From Podarcis melisellensis (taxonomy: Eukaryota), in the NCBI GenBank assembly GCA_964234715.1, contig OZ174279.1: 64,000 nt of DNA; one strand, given 5' to 3'. Both the position numbers and the translations under genes were made by a program. The notes beneath the pieces were generated by a model, which was not told the DNA's origin, did no database searches, and saw nothing but the letters and a program-made list of their open reading frames with translations. This document shows, piece after piece, positions 25,815 through 39,729 of this stretch. Positions within the stretch are counted from its first letter, which is position 1; every line of letters starts with the position of its first letter.

Positions 25815-28800
25815 ATGTGTCTTTGTTATTAAATTACGTGGGTATGTCTTGCAATCTTTCTATAAGAAAGTGTATAAAAGTGTCATGTAGAAGTGAGACA
25901 GGGGACATGGGATATCAGTGAACATTGCCCCCATACTTTGTTTAAATTAGCTGTCCCATATTTTAGAGCAAGAAGCCAGCATTGTTTTATTTAAACAATT
26001 TACCGAATTACGGGGACTGGAAGGTAGGCCCTTATTGATAGGAGCAGTCCTCTAACCAGGAAATAGCTGCTAAGAGAAAAACAGAAGGGAAGTAGAAATA
26101 TGCTGTGCCTACGCCACTCCTTGAAGAGAGGTGTGTGTGTGTGTGTGTGGTTTGCTTTTTGTCAGACTCAAGCTAGGGGAGTATTGTCCCAGCACATGGT
26201 TGTCAGCGCTTCTGTTGTCATTTGTGTGAAGGAAGAAAATGAGCCCTTTTTTTTAGTGTAGGGAGCCATGGTTATCAATGGAGGCCTTGTCTTCAGTTAC
26301 AATAGGGAGCGAGCACAGGGCAAGACCTTAGGTAGAAATGAGCTACACTAAACTTTGAAAGGATTCAGAGCACTGTATCAACAATAATAGGCTAAGGAGA
26401 AGTAGATTTCTGAAGAAAATGCTTAGTCAGGTGTGAAAGCATTCTTTATTTCAATAAAGTGCATGTTGCGTAGATAAACAGAATGGTCTCATTCCGCACA
26501 AGAACATGTCCAGCACTTGGAAGGGGAAAAGATGAAGAGTTTGTTTGTATTCATTGTCTTTTAAATGTGTCAGAATTCTCTAAAATGTAACGTTTTTGTT
26601 TTCTTATTCTGTTGTATTTGTTTATTTAGGTAATTTATATACTGCTCCATGTTTCAAAAGGTTTACAATCTTATTTTGTTCGAAATAATAATGCACATTA
26701 AAGACACACATTTCTGTTGTAAATATGGCATTGGGTACCAATTATGACTGCAAGGACCAACCAGGCTATAGGAGACAGGTTGGTAAAAATAAAATTTAGA
26801 AATAGCGCAAAACTCAGGTGCTTCTCCTGTGAAATTAGTTACTTATGGTGTGCCAAAACAAGAGAGAAATCCATGTTCAGTGTGGCTGATGTTGTAGAAT
26901 AATAAACTGGCTACAGGCACATTGCTTTTTCTAGATTTGTAAAGTCCAGAAACTTCTAAAGAAAGCTTTAAAATGTTCATTGGTTAGTGAAGATAAATGA
27001 GATTAAATTTATGCATTTCAGTCTTGAGAATAAAAATTAGTGGATCTTTCTAGTCGTAAGCGTGTTACCTCATAATAATATTTTACCGACTGCCATAAGT
27101 ATGGTGCAGAGTTTTAATAAGAGCATCTGGAAAGAGTATAGAATACCAGTTGTTAAATGTAAATGTGTTGTGAATGGCACAATTTGCTGGTGCACAGAGC
27201 TGTCCTTGGAAGGGTTTAGTAATCCAAGATGACTGTGCTTTAATGCAATCTCTCAAAGATTAACAGAAAAGGCCTACAAAACTACTTCTCTTTTGCTTTA
27301 GTGTATTGGCTTTTAAAGGCAGTTTTAAGTTACAAGTCCAGTTTTTATTGTGTAGAAAAATAAAGCACTAAGGGAATATTGATGGGGAGGGAAAGGCAGG
27401 TAGAGCTATAGTTCCATTTGTTTTCAATATGTGGTGGTGATTCATAGGTTTAGAGGTGAGTTGCGAGATTCCATTTCTTTTAGAATATGAATCCTAGAGG
27501 AAGAATTAGAGCCATAGAGGTCTGGGGCAAAGTGCCTATTCAATATTAAATTTACCACAATCCAAAATGTGAACAGTGTAGACAGGAGGATGCTAACAGA
27601 ACATGCTGTGCAAGCTAACAGAAGTTTATGCTTTAAGTATGCTTGGAAGGTGAGCGGTTCTTTCCCAGGGTTGTGACCTTCATGAACTATGGCATGGATC
27701 TGATTTGTTCCTATTGAAAGCTTTCTGTACCCTTGAGCATTTGGCATATAAGAAGGTAGTGCATTGGGCTGTATATGTAATTATTGCTGTTGTGTGCAAT
27801 TACCTTTAATTTTACTAGTACTGTAGTATCCCTGCATGTGTAATGCCCTGGTTTTTCTCCACCTCATGCATTGAGGGAAATGTATAGGAATTTACTCACA
27901 ACACAGCTGTTCTTTCAACCACAGTTCAGCTTACATTTCTAATGGGAAACTCAGCTCTATGGTTTATGTTATCTTTGTTTATACATGTGCTAAACCATCC
28001 CTAATTCCTGTTTGGTAACTTCATTGTTGATTCCATGAGTGCAATTTAATTTGCTTTGCTTCAGGCATAGGCAATCAAGGGGGGGGGGAATAAACTTTTC
28101 CTGTTGTTTGTATTTTGATTTGCCTTTTCAGTCCAGAACATTAATTAGCAAGTTTAAAACAAAAGGAGTGCCTTACTTCCTTATTCTCTCATTTTATATT
28201 TACGTTTGCATTTATTCTAAATTCCGTCTACTAGGATAACTAACTTAAAAAATAAGAACTGCTGTGATAGCCATTAATGGCATAAAAAAGAGATGCTGTT
28301 TCCAAAGAACTTCAATTTTCTCAGAATAGCTATTAGCTTTTATTATAAAATAAGCATGAACAAAGTAAGAGGAAAATATACTCCAGGGGACAATCACATA
28401 CAGTATCTGGAAGACGGGATGGGCTAAGATGATCTAATAGTGCTTTTTATCTAATTTCTGTGACTTACCTTTTATAGCCATTGGATAGTGCTAGAGACTG
28501 CTCTTTTTAGTCAGGCAAACCCCCTGTATACTTCAAAGAGAGAAGCAAATGCAGGATTAATCTTCTTCTCATCACTCACATTGCTAATAGTCTCCCCCTG
28601 TGCCTCTACTCCCCCCCCCAGCGAAAGCTTATTTAATATAATTCCATAATCCTACTTTTAAAGCCAACCTTGTGTGTTACACAACCAGAAGTGCTTCCAG
28701 AATTGTTTGTACCTTCCTCTTGCAAATTATTAGATATCTTTAAACCGAGCATAGCTTTCCTCTCCCAATGCTTCCTTCTTCAGTGATTGTCTTCACCTTA

Positions 28801-31800
28801 CTCTTCTATCCGCAACAAAACTAAATTGTGGCCATCAAACAGAGAGCTTCATTTCTATAGAAATATGCATATATAGATAGATCGACATAGATTAGTTTTA
28901 ACCATGTGTGGTCAGCACTATGTATCAGCCCACTTACTGGTGGTGCGTTTCCCTCTTAACTGTGGAAACAGCTCCAGACCCTAGTTTTGAACCGAGTGTT
29001 GGTAGGAGAAACTGGAGTGGAAGAGACTGCAGACTCATGACTCCCAGTCTTCTGTTGTGTGATCTGCTTTTTTAAACTGCTGCTTTTAACTGATGTTGGG
29101 TTTGTTTGTTTGTTAGTGCGTTTTGTTTTTAGGTTGCTTTTTAAATCTTATTTTGTACTGTGTCAGTTTTGTGTAAACTGCCTTCTGTACAAATTTGCAA
29201 ATTCAACCACCACCATGCCGTTGTTCTGCTTCACTTCTGCTTTAAAACCAACAGCGTGCCAAACGCTTATTCAGAGATCTGATCACTGGTATCAGACCTG
29301 GTGGACAAAGCAGGAAAGGAAGGCTTGACAGTATGTGAAGGGCAAATGAGTGTTTGATGTGACAAGGGAGTAACCTACAGAACCTTCAGGAATAAACTCC
29401 CCTAATAACCAGGTGAGGCTGTTCCAGGCATTGAACGTGGCATGGCAGGACTGAGAATAGCAGGAGTGAAATAGGAAAACAAAGGCTTCCCTCCTTCACA
29501 AAGCAGTTATTACAAGTCTGATGATAACTCAGAAGACCTGCTATGAAGGTGCCTCAGACTTGAATTCTAGCATAAATTTCTTGATGCGGTGAAGAAAAGT
29601 CAGCATCGCTCATGCTAAACATTTATAGGAAGAGTGAGGATTGGAGCTAAGTGCTCACTCATAAGAACATTAGCTTCTGGGTAACTATTTGAATAAAAGA
29701 GATTTTCCCAGGTAAAGATTTACCAAATTATTCTCTAAACTCTTTCTTTGGGAATTGTACATTCTCTCCTCATGGCTGGCAGGGACAGGCAGTATTGCAG
29801 ACTTGACCTCCTGCCACTGGTGTTACTGCCACTTGGGGCGAGGTGGGGGTGCTCCCAAACTCACTGCTGCCATGCCCTGCTCCTGCCCTGGCCTGGTAAG
29901 TTCAGTGACACCAGTATCAGGATGCCAGGTCCACAGGCTGCCCTCCCCATCAGCTGCTCTTGCGTTTACCATGTCGTATGTAACATTTCATGAACTTTGG
30001 AACACCAGAAGCTGGCATTATAATTTTACTTCTGTATCCGAGCAGTTCTAATGCTGAAGCAGGCATGTAGACCATGAATGCTGTTAAGGCAGTGCATGTT
30101 ATTAATAAAATGCGTCAATCATTCCCAAAGTTTTCATAGGTTTGTCACATCTGGCTTAGTATGTTGTGGTCCAAACTATACACACAAAGTGAAAAGATGT
30201 TCCATGTCATATATTTTAGCTGGTCATACCAGATTATATGCCATGGTTTCATGGAAGCCATGGAGGTGTGATCAGTGAACTGGACTCTGCAGTACAGTAC
30301 ATGGAATCTGAGAATTCTACATAGAATCCATGTGATTCATTTGACTGATGGTTCATTGAGGAGTTTAAAAGCTACATGACTGAGTATACTCTGACATACT
30401 TACACTGTACAAACTGCAAGCATGCAATTTGTCTGAAAACAGAGGGAAAGGAAGTGTGGAAGCAGTGTGTGTGTGTGTGTGTGTGTGTGTGGCAACAAAG
30501 CTAGTTGAAGAGATAGAATGAATCCCAAAGGATTTTCTTCTCTAGTGTGACTTTCCTCTAACATTTTGGTGTGTGCATTCTTTTTAATTAGGTCACAGTT
30601 TACAGTTTGCAGATATAAAAATGCAAGATGCATTCATGGAAGGATGAAAGATACTAAAATGCTTGACTGCACCACCCATTTAGAACAACGCACAGAACAA
30701 GATGGGCGAACCAGCACACCTTGTAGTCTGTTAGAAACCCTTCTACACGTACCTACCTATTTGCTTCGTTCAAATACCACTTTTTAGACATTCATTTGTA
30801 CTTCTGAAATAGCTTGCGAAATAAAAGCCGTATAATAATGAAATTCTTCTAAAAACGAGTTAGCATAAAACAACAAATAAGAACAATAGGCAGTAAATGC
30901 ATGGTCCTTGTTGAATTAGTCTTCATAAAATTGTGAGTTAAGTTGTGTTTATTCCCATTGTACAGGTGGGAAAATCAGGCCAAGAAAGCATGACTTTCCC
31001 ATGAATGCATGCACTGTGTTCCTCTGAATGTTTACTGAGAAGCAAGTCTCCCTGTGATCATTGGAACTCAGAGTCCCTACTAAGTGTGCCTAGGATTGCA
31101 GCTTTCCAGATAGATTCTTTGTTTTCAGTAGTAACTCCTGTAGCATTAAGCAGACCTCACTCACTCCATAGCTGTGCTGAAGTTTTAACTTAATTTTAAC
31201 CCGTTCAAAGCTTTTGTTAATCTTACTGCAAAAACAAACATGAATGATACAGTATTTTGAAAAGTGCTTTGAAAAGATCAACAAAACACATACGTATTTT
31301 TTTTTAATGAACACATTCTAGGTTTCATGGTCTCCATTGAAAACATCCATCCCCTTTTGACAATGGATGCTGCTAATCTAGTCTGAGGATAATAGCAAAG
31401 ACTGGCAGGTGCTGGACTGAGGTGGCGCTCGAGAGCACCACTGCACTGTCCCTCGGTCTTTTAATGTAATTCCTTTTACTTGATGTTAATGCAAATTGTT
31501 CCTTACTTAAAGTAATAAAAGAAAATGAAGACACATTTGAAAATGAAAGTTGACTCTAATCCATTTGTCATCTAATACTAGCCTCTTTATCTTTGCTGCT
31601 ACCTAATCTGGTTAAATGTCCCTGTTGTAGGATTTTATTGTAANNNNNNNNNNNNNNNNNNNNNNNNNNNNNNNNNNNNNNNNNNNNNNNNNNNNNNNNN
31701 NNNNNNNNNNNNNNNNNNNNNNNNNNNNNNNNNNNNNNNNNNNNNNNNNNNNNNNNNNNNNNNNNNNNNNNNNNNNNNNNNNNNNNNNNNNNNNNNNNNN

Positions 31801-33305
31801 NNNNNTGAAATGGTTCTTTGCTTTGCTTGTTTCATCTTAATTTTTCCTTGGTGATCTTGTGAAGGTAACACAGTATCATACAAACTGTAGCACTTTAAAA
31901 AAATATATTGTTGCATTCTGTTTGTGTTATTTTTAAAAATAAATAATAGCTTTACATTGTCTTGGAATGATAAGAGAAAAAAATGTGCCCTCATGTCTTT
32001 AAGCATCTGTTTATAACCATGCCATTTTTCTCCCTAAAACTTAGTGTAATTACATTCATTGTTAAGAAGCTGTTTATTAGTGTACTTCGAACTGAACATT
32101 GCTGCACAGTTTTATACATAGCTATTCAAAAGTAAGCTCCACTGAATTCAAAGGGTCTTACCCTCAAGAAAATGTTTAGAGGATTGTAGTCTCAATCTCT
32201 TTTACTACAGAGCAGTGACCAGTTGTTCTTTTCTATTTAATGGTCTAAATACTGCAAAACAATTTGTCCCGTTCTCCGGGTTCATATGGAAAGAGTTTTA
32301 AACAAAGCAAAACAGAAGTTGGTCCTTCTGATGAAAGAAGAGGATGTAAATAGTTTCTCCGTAAGGAAATAATAGAACTGCCTGTTCTCAAAAGCCATGA
32401 AGGGAAAATTGGGGGTGAAATTTGATTTGCCAGGCCTCCACCTTGTAAAGATTTGCCCTTTATTTTAGAACATACAAGATCCAATGGGAATGGCAACTTA
32501 TTACAGGGTATAGCAGATGCACAATTGGCTCTGGCTTCTGCATGCCCGCTAATATAACTTTTGAACTGCCGACACATGGGTCTCACTTTTGGCTAGATCT
32601 GTGTGTCCTGGAATGAACTCTGCAGCATGCACACATCTGACTGTGGGTGAGAGCTGTGTCTCAGCAGTTTGAACGTTGCATTATTAGCAGGTACATATTG
32701 GTGAAAGTGATCCTTTTAACTCCTATACCCGATAACAATCAACAATCAATTGCTCCCTTAGGATTCCTTATTTCAGGATGCTAAAGCCCCTTACAAGACC
32801 ACAATGCATCCTGCCTTTGTCTAAGCACAGTAAAGCAAACAAACACAATATACTACTTTCTGTGCCATAAGGGCACCCCCCCCAATTGGTGGGTGGCCTG
32901 TCTGTAGGTCCCGAAAACCATACAGATGGGTTACAAGGTCACCAGGAATGGGTGCTGGGACAATACAGTGCATGGGATTAAAGAAGTTTCATTTTACAGG
33001 TCAGGCTTTTGCAAGCCAAAGGGTGGTCCTTAATAACAATGAGCTTATCTTGACCGACATCTTTAGCAAACAGTTTGAGAACCAGATCATTAGGAAAAGC
33101 AGGAACTAATAAGCTTGTGTGAAAATAGGGGGGGGGGACTGAGGCTATTTTGATGACACTCTTATTGTGTACAAATGTCTTACTGGCTAGTTTTATAGCA
33201 GAGTATGTGTGTGTGTGTGTTTCTAAACTGCTTTCTTAATGTTTGCGCTATGTAGCTTTCTTAACATAGCATTTTCCTCACACTCTCCATTTTCTTTTTT
33301 CACAG

Positions 33306-33438
33306 TCTAACAAAGTCCCAGTTGTGCAGCACCCACACCATGTACATCCTCTCACGCCGCTTATTACGTACAGCAATGAGCACTTCACACCAGGGAATCC
33401 TCCTCCACACTTACAAGCCGACGTAGATCCGAAAACAG
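33306..33438 (+). CDS. TCF7L2: TCF7L2 exon 6 (133 nt): [44 protein letters not shown](G)
   Basis: Acceptor ttttttcacag|TCT and donor ACAG|gtaggg. Manual translation matches the TCF7L2 context-dependent regulatory domain; too short for the ORF track. Confidence 0.97.
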
Positions 33439-35460
33439 GTAGGGTGGACAATGTTTGATGAGGAGCTAGGCTTTGGGGGGGGGGACGCTTCCTGAAATAT
33501 CATAGAGTTAGATCATTTTGGGGGTGGGGGGACACCCAAAATATTCACTTAGGAGTAAGTATATTAAAGCTAACAGTCTGCAGATTACCCAAAAATAAAT
33601 AAAATGAACATATTGACTGTGTAATTGATCTCAGGATGCTGTCTCCTGCCATTTAGGCCCTCAATCGCATTTTAATAACAACAGTGTGTTCAATTTCTAA
33701 CATCTATGCTTATGATGGAATACATTGATCAAAATCTAGAAACTGAAATGACAAGTTGTCCCCATTGTTAAATTCTAATAGACAGTGCAGCAGTCTGTAA
33801 TGCTATACATGCATTCACTGTTCCAAATAACTGATGTTGGAGGTGCTATTTTGACTAAAGGTTTATATCATAAATTACTTTAGATGTATGATAAAGAGCA
33901 TTTCCTAGAAAGAGGATAAATGGAGATTGTCCTGCTTTTTGAATAGTTTATTTGATCTTCTTAATTTCAGAGTCATTTCCTACTACTTTTTATATTACAG
34001 TATTTAAAGGTTCTATAATACCTTTTTAGCTCTTTTCCTGGATAATATCAGTTTTTTACCTTAGCTTTTAACAATTCTGTTTTTTAAAAAATGAAATCTA
34101 AATCCTATGTGCAGTTATAAAACCACATTCTTGAGACCATTCTGTTGACTTCATCAAGATTATTACAGAGTTATGTATGTGGCTTACTGATTTTAGCCAA
34201 TGAATAAAATGCATAATCATGTTAAGTGATCTTTTTGGCTGCCAATGTCACAGGATCGGATGCTCTCTTGTAATTTTAATCCCACTGCTACATTCTGAAA
34301 ATTTTACTCCAGTCCAAAGGGATTATTGTGGACACATGGCACTCTTTATTAGTGTTAAAGACTAGATTTTAGTTATTTTGTTAACTAAAAATATATACCT
34401 TGTTAGCCTGTTGCCCTAGAGGATGTAATAGTGTCAGTCTTTATTCTGCAGACTGCATAGAGTCCTCAGACGGCATTTTTTTCAGTTAGTCCAAATCCTT
34501 GCAAGTTAATTAAAAAGTAAATTTGAAACCGTGAATACGTGTTAGAGCTTGTCAAAGAATTGCTGTAGTTGTGATTAACATATTTAGATAATGCATCCAA
34601 ACTCAGTCTATGAATGAATGAATCAATGTTTCTTTTATTCCCATATGCTACAATTGGGCTTCCTTTGGATTGTGTTTAATGCTAATATTGCATAGGTTTA
34701 AAAGGATCTTCATCCAGCCGTCTCTGTATTGCAAGTGCATGGCAGCATAGTCTGACACCCATTTAAATAATGGTAGTACAGGGAATGGTTTCTAAATGGT
34801 TATCGTAAAACATATGATTAACGTCCATAGACTGTTTACTTTTCTTCTGCGAACATTCTTTCAAGTGTGCAAACAGCTCACTGTATGGTTAAAGCCCAGT
34901 TAATCTGTTTGGATTTTGTAATGGAGAAAAAGCTGTGTCTGCCCGAAAATGTCACACAGGAAGATTTAATTTAGAGATTAAAAGCTCCCTGAGTGTCTTT
35001 AAAAAAAAATCGTTTTTTAGCTGTGAATACAGGGCCTCTTCATTTTAATGCTTCTGTTCTTAATTCTACATTTGCTATATTTTGAAGAGCTGGGTTCTCT
35101 TGAAGTACCCAACCATGTAACTTTTACTCACCTGAGAAAGTTTGAACATGCAAGCACTGCAAATTATGATCTATTTATTCCTGGGCAGTCTTGCAGAACT
35201 CTCGGGATAGTTCCAAACAAAGTGTTTCAAGGATCTTATCCTTTACACTCATTTTATCTGAAAAGATAGATGTTTATGCACATATTATCACCAAGAGTCA
35301 GGATTTGCTGAAGCTCCCTCTTGAGATTACACTCAGTGTGAAACTTGAGTTTGTTTATGACTGGGAGGCATTTGAAACTGGTTCTTTTGCATCCACACCA
35401 AAACAATCCAAGCCACTCATGATTTGGACAGTTATCACATATAGCTGTATATATTACAAC

Positions 35461-35599
35461 CAGTGCTTTTCCCCCTAAAAAAAATAATAATGTTTAGGGG
35501 TACTCTCATTTTCCTACTCATATTGAAATACTGCCAATGAAGCCAAGCTTAGATTCACAAAATGTTTAGGGGTATGTGTCCCCCCGGGAAAAAGCACTG
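35461..35599. mobile_element. Non-autonomous hAT transposon (139 bp)
   Basis: TIRs CAGTGCTTTT...AAAAGCACTG with perfect 8-bp TSD ATTACAAC (35453-35460 and 35600-35607). Confidence 0.92.
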
Positions 35600-36845
35600 A
35601 TTACAACTATCACTTGGGTAGAGACACAGTGCTCCCGATGGCTAAAAGGGCTTAAGAATCACTCACTTCCTAGCTTCTCTCTCACAATTCAATGCCCTTC
35701 TTCCTTTGGCTATAACCATGGTTAAGGATTAGTGTGCACTGATTCCAACCAGGGCTAATACTAACTAGGGTTCCTTTCATGATAGCTTTAGTTTAGAACA
35801 TAATCTTTAACTATGCTTATGGCCATCAAGGGAGGATTCGCATGCATAAGTGGAGGGAGCATACAACCCTATGGACCACCACTGATCACTTAAATGAAAT
35901 CAGAAGCACTGTGTATGCCCAAACCTTTGCAACTGAGGATGCCTTTTCTACATAGAATAATGTGGATTAATGTAACCTTTCATACATATTTCTCTTGTAT
36001 GTACAATACAATATGGTTACTTGTGCTAGGAATATGTATTATTCTTTGTTAATCCAAGGATTTGTTTCTAGATTTAGTATCTTTTCTTAGTCATTAATGA
36101 AGTTAAATTTGCCATTCTATTCGCTAAATGTATTTTGGAACAGTGAAAAACTTTACTGTTTTGTACAGAAACAGAATGTGATCCATAGGAAAAGAGTAAT
36201 TAAAATAGTAATTAAAATAGCTAAGGGCTAATAATGTACATTAATTAAATGGATGACTACACCCCCAACTCCTCAGATATAAGTTCATTGTTTTGTTTCA
36301 TTTTCTCAGCACTCCATCCCCGCCCCCCGCCCCCAAACTTCCCTTTACCATCAAAATTAGAACAAATGTGGCTTATATAAACTCATAACAGGAACCTTCT
36401 GGAAACAGAAAGGCACTGCAGCCATATAAAATGGTTTATTTTAGAAAGTACCTTTTTGAGTGACCTGAAGGTGTCTGCACAAAAGAGGCGACACACATGA
36501 TGGTACAAAATGAAAGCAAGGTGGGAGCCTCCATCCTTTTAAGACTTTGGGAGAACAAAGTCCTGCACGGTCTTTGACTGTGGGGAAGAAAACAGATCAA
36601 ATGTCCTACTTCTCTAGCTGAGTCTCATTTGCTTACTGTACTAAGTAGGACGCTCTGGGGACGATAGGTGAAGGCAGCAGGCCATGTCTTGAGAATAGGA
36701 AGTAGAGTTATGAAAGGCAGAAAGTGTGGTACTCATGGTGTAGAAATTTGTATGACTTTCTGCCTCCTTTTTCTTTTCTTTTTTAATCCCCCTTTTCCCC
36801 CTGCCCTGACCCACTTTCATGATGCTTCCTTTTCCTCTTCCCTAG

Positions 36846-36948
36846 GAATTCCACGGCCTCCGCACCCTCCAGATATATCTCCTTATTATCCACTATCACC
36901 GGGCACTGTAGGGCAAATCCCCCATCCGCTAGGATGGTTAGTACCACA
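36846..36948 (+). CDS. TCF7L2: TCF7L2 exon 7 (103 nt): [35 protein letters not shown]; alternative donor after 36936 removes LVPQ
   Basis: Acceptor cttccctag|GA, donors TG|gttagt (36937) and CA|gtaagg (36949). Peptide visible in ORF 36668..36952. Confidence 0.97.
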
Positions 36949-37476
36949 GTAAGGAGTTCCATTTTTTTCATTTTATTTTTTATTTTTCATTTTTGTACAT
37001 ATGTGGGGGGGGGAGTGGGGGGGGGAAGGATAATTGTGCTTATTTGCTTTGCCTGAAATGCATACGTTGAGTTAAGCATGCTTGCCAGCTGCCAGTTTAT
37101 GGCATGGGCAAATCAATAACTTTTGCTCAATAAAGATTAAATGAACTAAAGTGACGGGTCATTGTGTGTTAAATAAGAACAGAGCACGAGGGCATCATTT
37201 CACGTGTCCTGACATCAGAGGGTGACCCATGGATCATAAATGTCAAACATTTGTTCTGAAAGGGTGGGGTGAAAACGTTCTGGATAGTATAATTTGTAGG
37301 ATTGCTGTTTCAGAAACATCCCTTGCTGATACCCTATTATTTTTATAGTGCACTATTATTGCGCTTTGTGTAATTGCATTACATTTGCATTCCCCTTTAA
37401 TTCTTGTTTCCAAGGTTTGGGATAATATTTTTTAATGGGCTGGAACATGGCTTAAAAATTGGGAGGGAGCTAAGTG

Positions 37477-37610
37477 AATCATAGGATCATAGAATTGTGG
37501 AGTTGGAAGGGACCATGAGGGTCATCTAGCCCCACCCGCTGCAATGCTGGAATCTTTTGCCCCACATGGGTCTCAAACCCACAATCCTGAGTCTCAGGCT
37601 CTACTGACTG
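37477..37610 (-). mobile_element. tRNA-derived SINE with CR1-type 3' tail (POMSINE-like)
   Basis: Minus strand reads cagtcagtagagc...gggtttgagaccc (A/B-box-like) then ctagatgaccctcatggtcccttccaactc.acaattctatgatcctatgattc. Confidence 0.75.
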
Positions 37611-39642
37611 CAGTAGGGAGCTCATGGGGAGAACCTAATTTCAAAATGTGTAATAACAACAAGAGGGAAGAAGAGTTCTAATGTGTAGGCAGTATTTTTG
37701 CAATGTCTAATGAATAGGTGCAGTAATGGTCTTACTAATCTGAAAATTAAAATTAAAAGAGGCAAAATTTTAAAACAATGCTTTAAAAAAATGTGTTGTG
37801 GCATGTGATTTTCCTCAAACATTTTGATTACTTGTCTTCTTCAGGGACAAGCAAATCTTGCGCAGTCCTGTTCCACTGCACTAGATGAAACAATTGATTG
37901 CAACGTGCTCTAAATTAATAGTTGTAATAAGCCACAGTAATAAGATTGTGTGATTTACATGAGTCTGAATATGACAATTAGTCAAAATGCATTAGATGCA
38001 AAAAAGTACATTGATGATTTTGAGTATTAACTTGAACCAGACTCTCTCTCTCTCTCTCTCTCTCATTTCCCCCCTGATTTGTGGTGTTGTCCCCTCCTTT
38101 CCTTCTGTTTGGCTTTATTAATCTAATTTTAGCTTCAAATAATTTCCTTTATTATGTAACCCATTCTAAGTAGCAGGTTCCCTATGTCCCTATGTTCCCT
38201 ATATGGGAGAAAGGTTGTTTGCACTGAAAAAATATCAGCCTAGTACTATCGCTATACTACTATACTGTAGTATATACAGTTCAAATATACTTCCAGAATT
38301 GGAACCTGTGGTCTTTTATGTGGCCACCTGGAAACAGTGGTTCCTTTTACAGGTGGTACACTATTCTATTCATTTTCCTGGTCCTATGGGCCTATTTCTT
38401 ATTTTTATAGACAAAATGTGTGATCCCTAGGGGGGAAACACTGCAGTTTTAGAAAACACATCCTGATTATGCTTCAGAAAGTTCACACTTCAAAGGGAGA
38501 AAATAATAGCAGGAAAATAGAATCACTAGCCTCTTGTTCTCCCTGTGATCCAAACAAACACCAGTATACCTTTGGTTTCTATATTGTAGTAGGACTTTTA
38601 CAATGTCTTCTCATTTGATGGGCTACCTACATATCTTCTGTATGCAGGAGTAGATTTTACAGAATTCATAATAAATAACTGTTAGGGTATTTCAAAGACA
38701 TTTTAATGTACAACTATCACCCCCCCTCTTTTCTTTGGAGAGATAACTTTTTTTGTACCCCATGCAACTTTTTGAAGAGCCAAAGAGCATAAACATCAAA
38801 TTCCTTTAAAAGATAGGACTGTCCACCTGGTATTTTTATTATTTTAACCATTTATGGGCTCTGCTCTGTATTAAGATGGTCTGTGGGTATATTTAGCAGA
38901 GTAACCTTTCAAGAAAAACTCACACCCCAAATAACAACTTACCCGTTCAGTGGATACATTTGAAAGACAGATGAAAAGGACCAGCCAACACAGACAAACC
39001 TCAATCAGAAAAAGTTGTGTAGCTTTCATGAGGATGCTGTTTTGCATGTTGCTGTATTTTTTAATTATTGTAATGAGGTATGATTGTCTATTGGTTACCC
39101 ACAATACTTCTTGNNNNNNNNNNNNNNNNNNNNNNNNNNNNNNNNNNNNNNNNNNNNNNNNNNNNNNNNNNNNNNNNNNNNNNNNNNNNNNNNNNNNNNN
39201 NNNNNNNNNNNNNNNNNNNNNNNNNNNNNNNNNNNNNNNNNNNNNNNNNNNNNNNNNNNNNNNNNNNNNNNNNNNNNNNNNNNNNNNNNNNNNNNNNNNN
39301 NNNNNNNNNNNNNNNNNNNNNNNNNNNNNNNNNNNNNNNNNNNNNNNNNNNNNNNNNNNNNNNNNNNNNNNNNNNNNNNNNNNNNNNNNNNNNNNNNNNN
39401 NNNNNNNNNNNNNNNNNNNNNNNNNNNNNNNNNNNNNNNNNNNNNNNNNNNNNNNNNNNNNNNNNNNNNNNNNNNNNNNNNNNNNNNNNNNNNTCCGTGC
39501 TGTACAATCCCCAAGATTTTTGTTCTGATCAAATGAGAATAAAGCTTACTGTGCAGAGAGAGAGAGAGAGAAATTTAAAATGCCAAAAATACATACCCCT
39601 GGTTTTTTTACTCATTCTTTCCCCCTCCCCCCATCTTTCTAG

Positions 39643-39729
39643 GCAAGGTCAACCAGTCTATCCAATCACAACAGGGGGATTCCGACATCCCTACCCAACC
39701 GCTCTGACTGTCAATGCTTCCATGTCAAG
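39643..39729 (+). CDS. TCF7L2: TCF7L2 exon 8 (87 nt): QGQPVYPITTGGFRHPYPTALTVNASMS(R/S)
   Basis: Acceptor tctttctag|G and donor AG|gtgagt. Peptide is at the end of ORF 39080..39733. Confidence 0.97.

Noticed and set aside
1-33305. Mammalian 141-nt alternative exon (SPLPCCTQGH...) and exons 1-5
   Set aside because: No matching peptide recognised; these are upstream of the window, in a gap, or absent.
37540-37610. tRNA-like A/B boxes here and in the SINE heads
   Set aside because: Degenerate SINE heads with no intact cloverleaf, so not tRNA genes.
38487-38497. Isolated TCF-like sites (ACTTCAAAGGG here; TTCAAAGG near 9143 and 32147)
   Set aside because: Single short matches are expected by chance in 64 kb of AT-rich DNA and lack supporting context.
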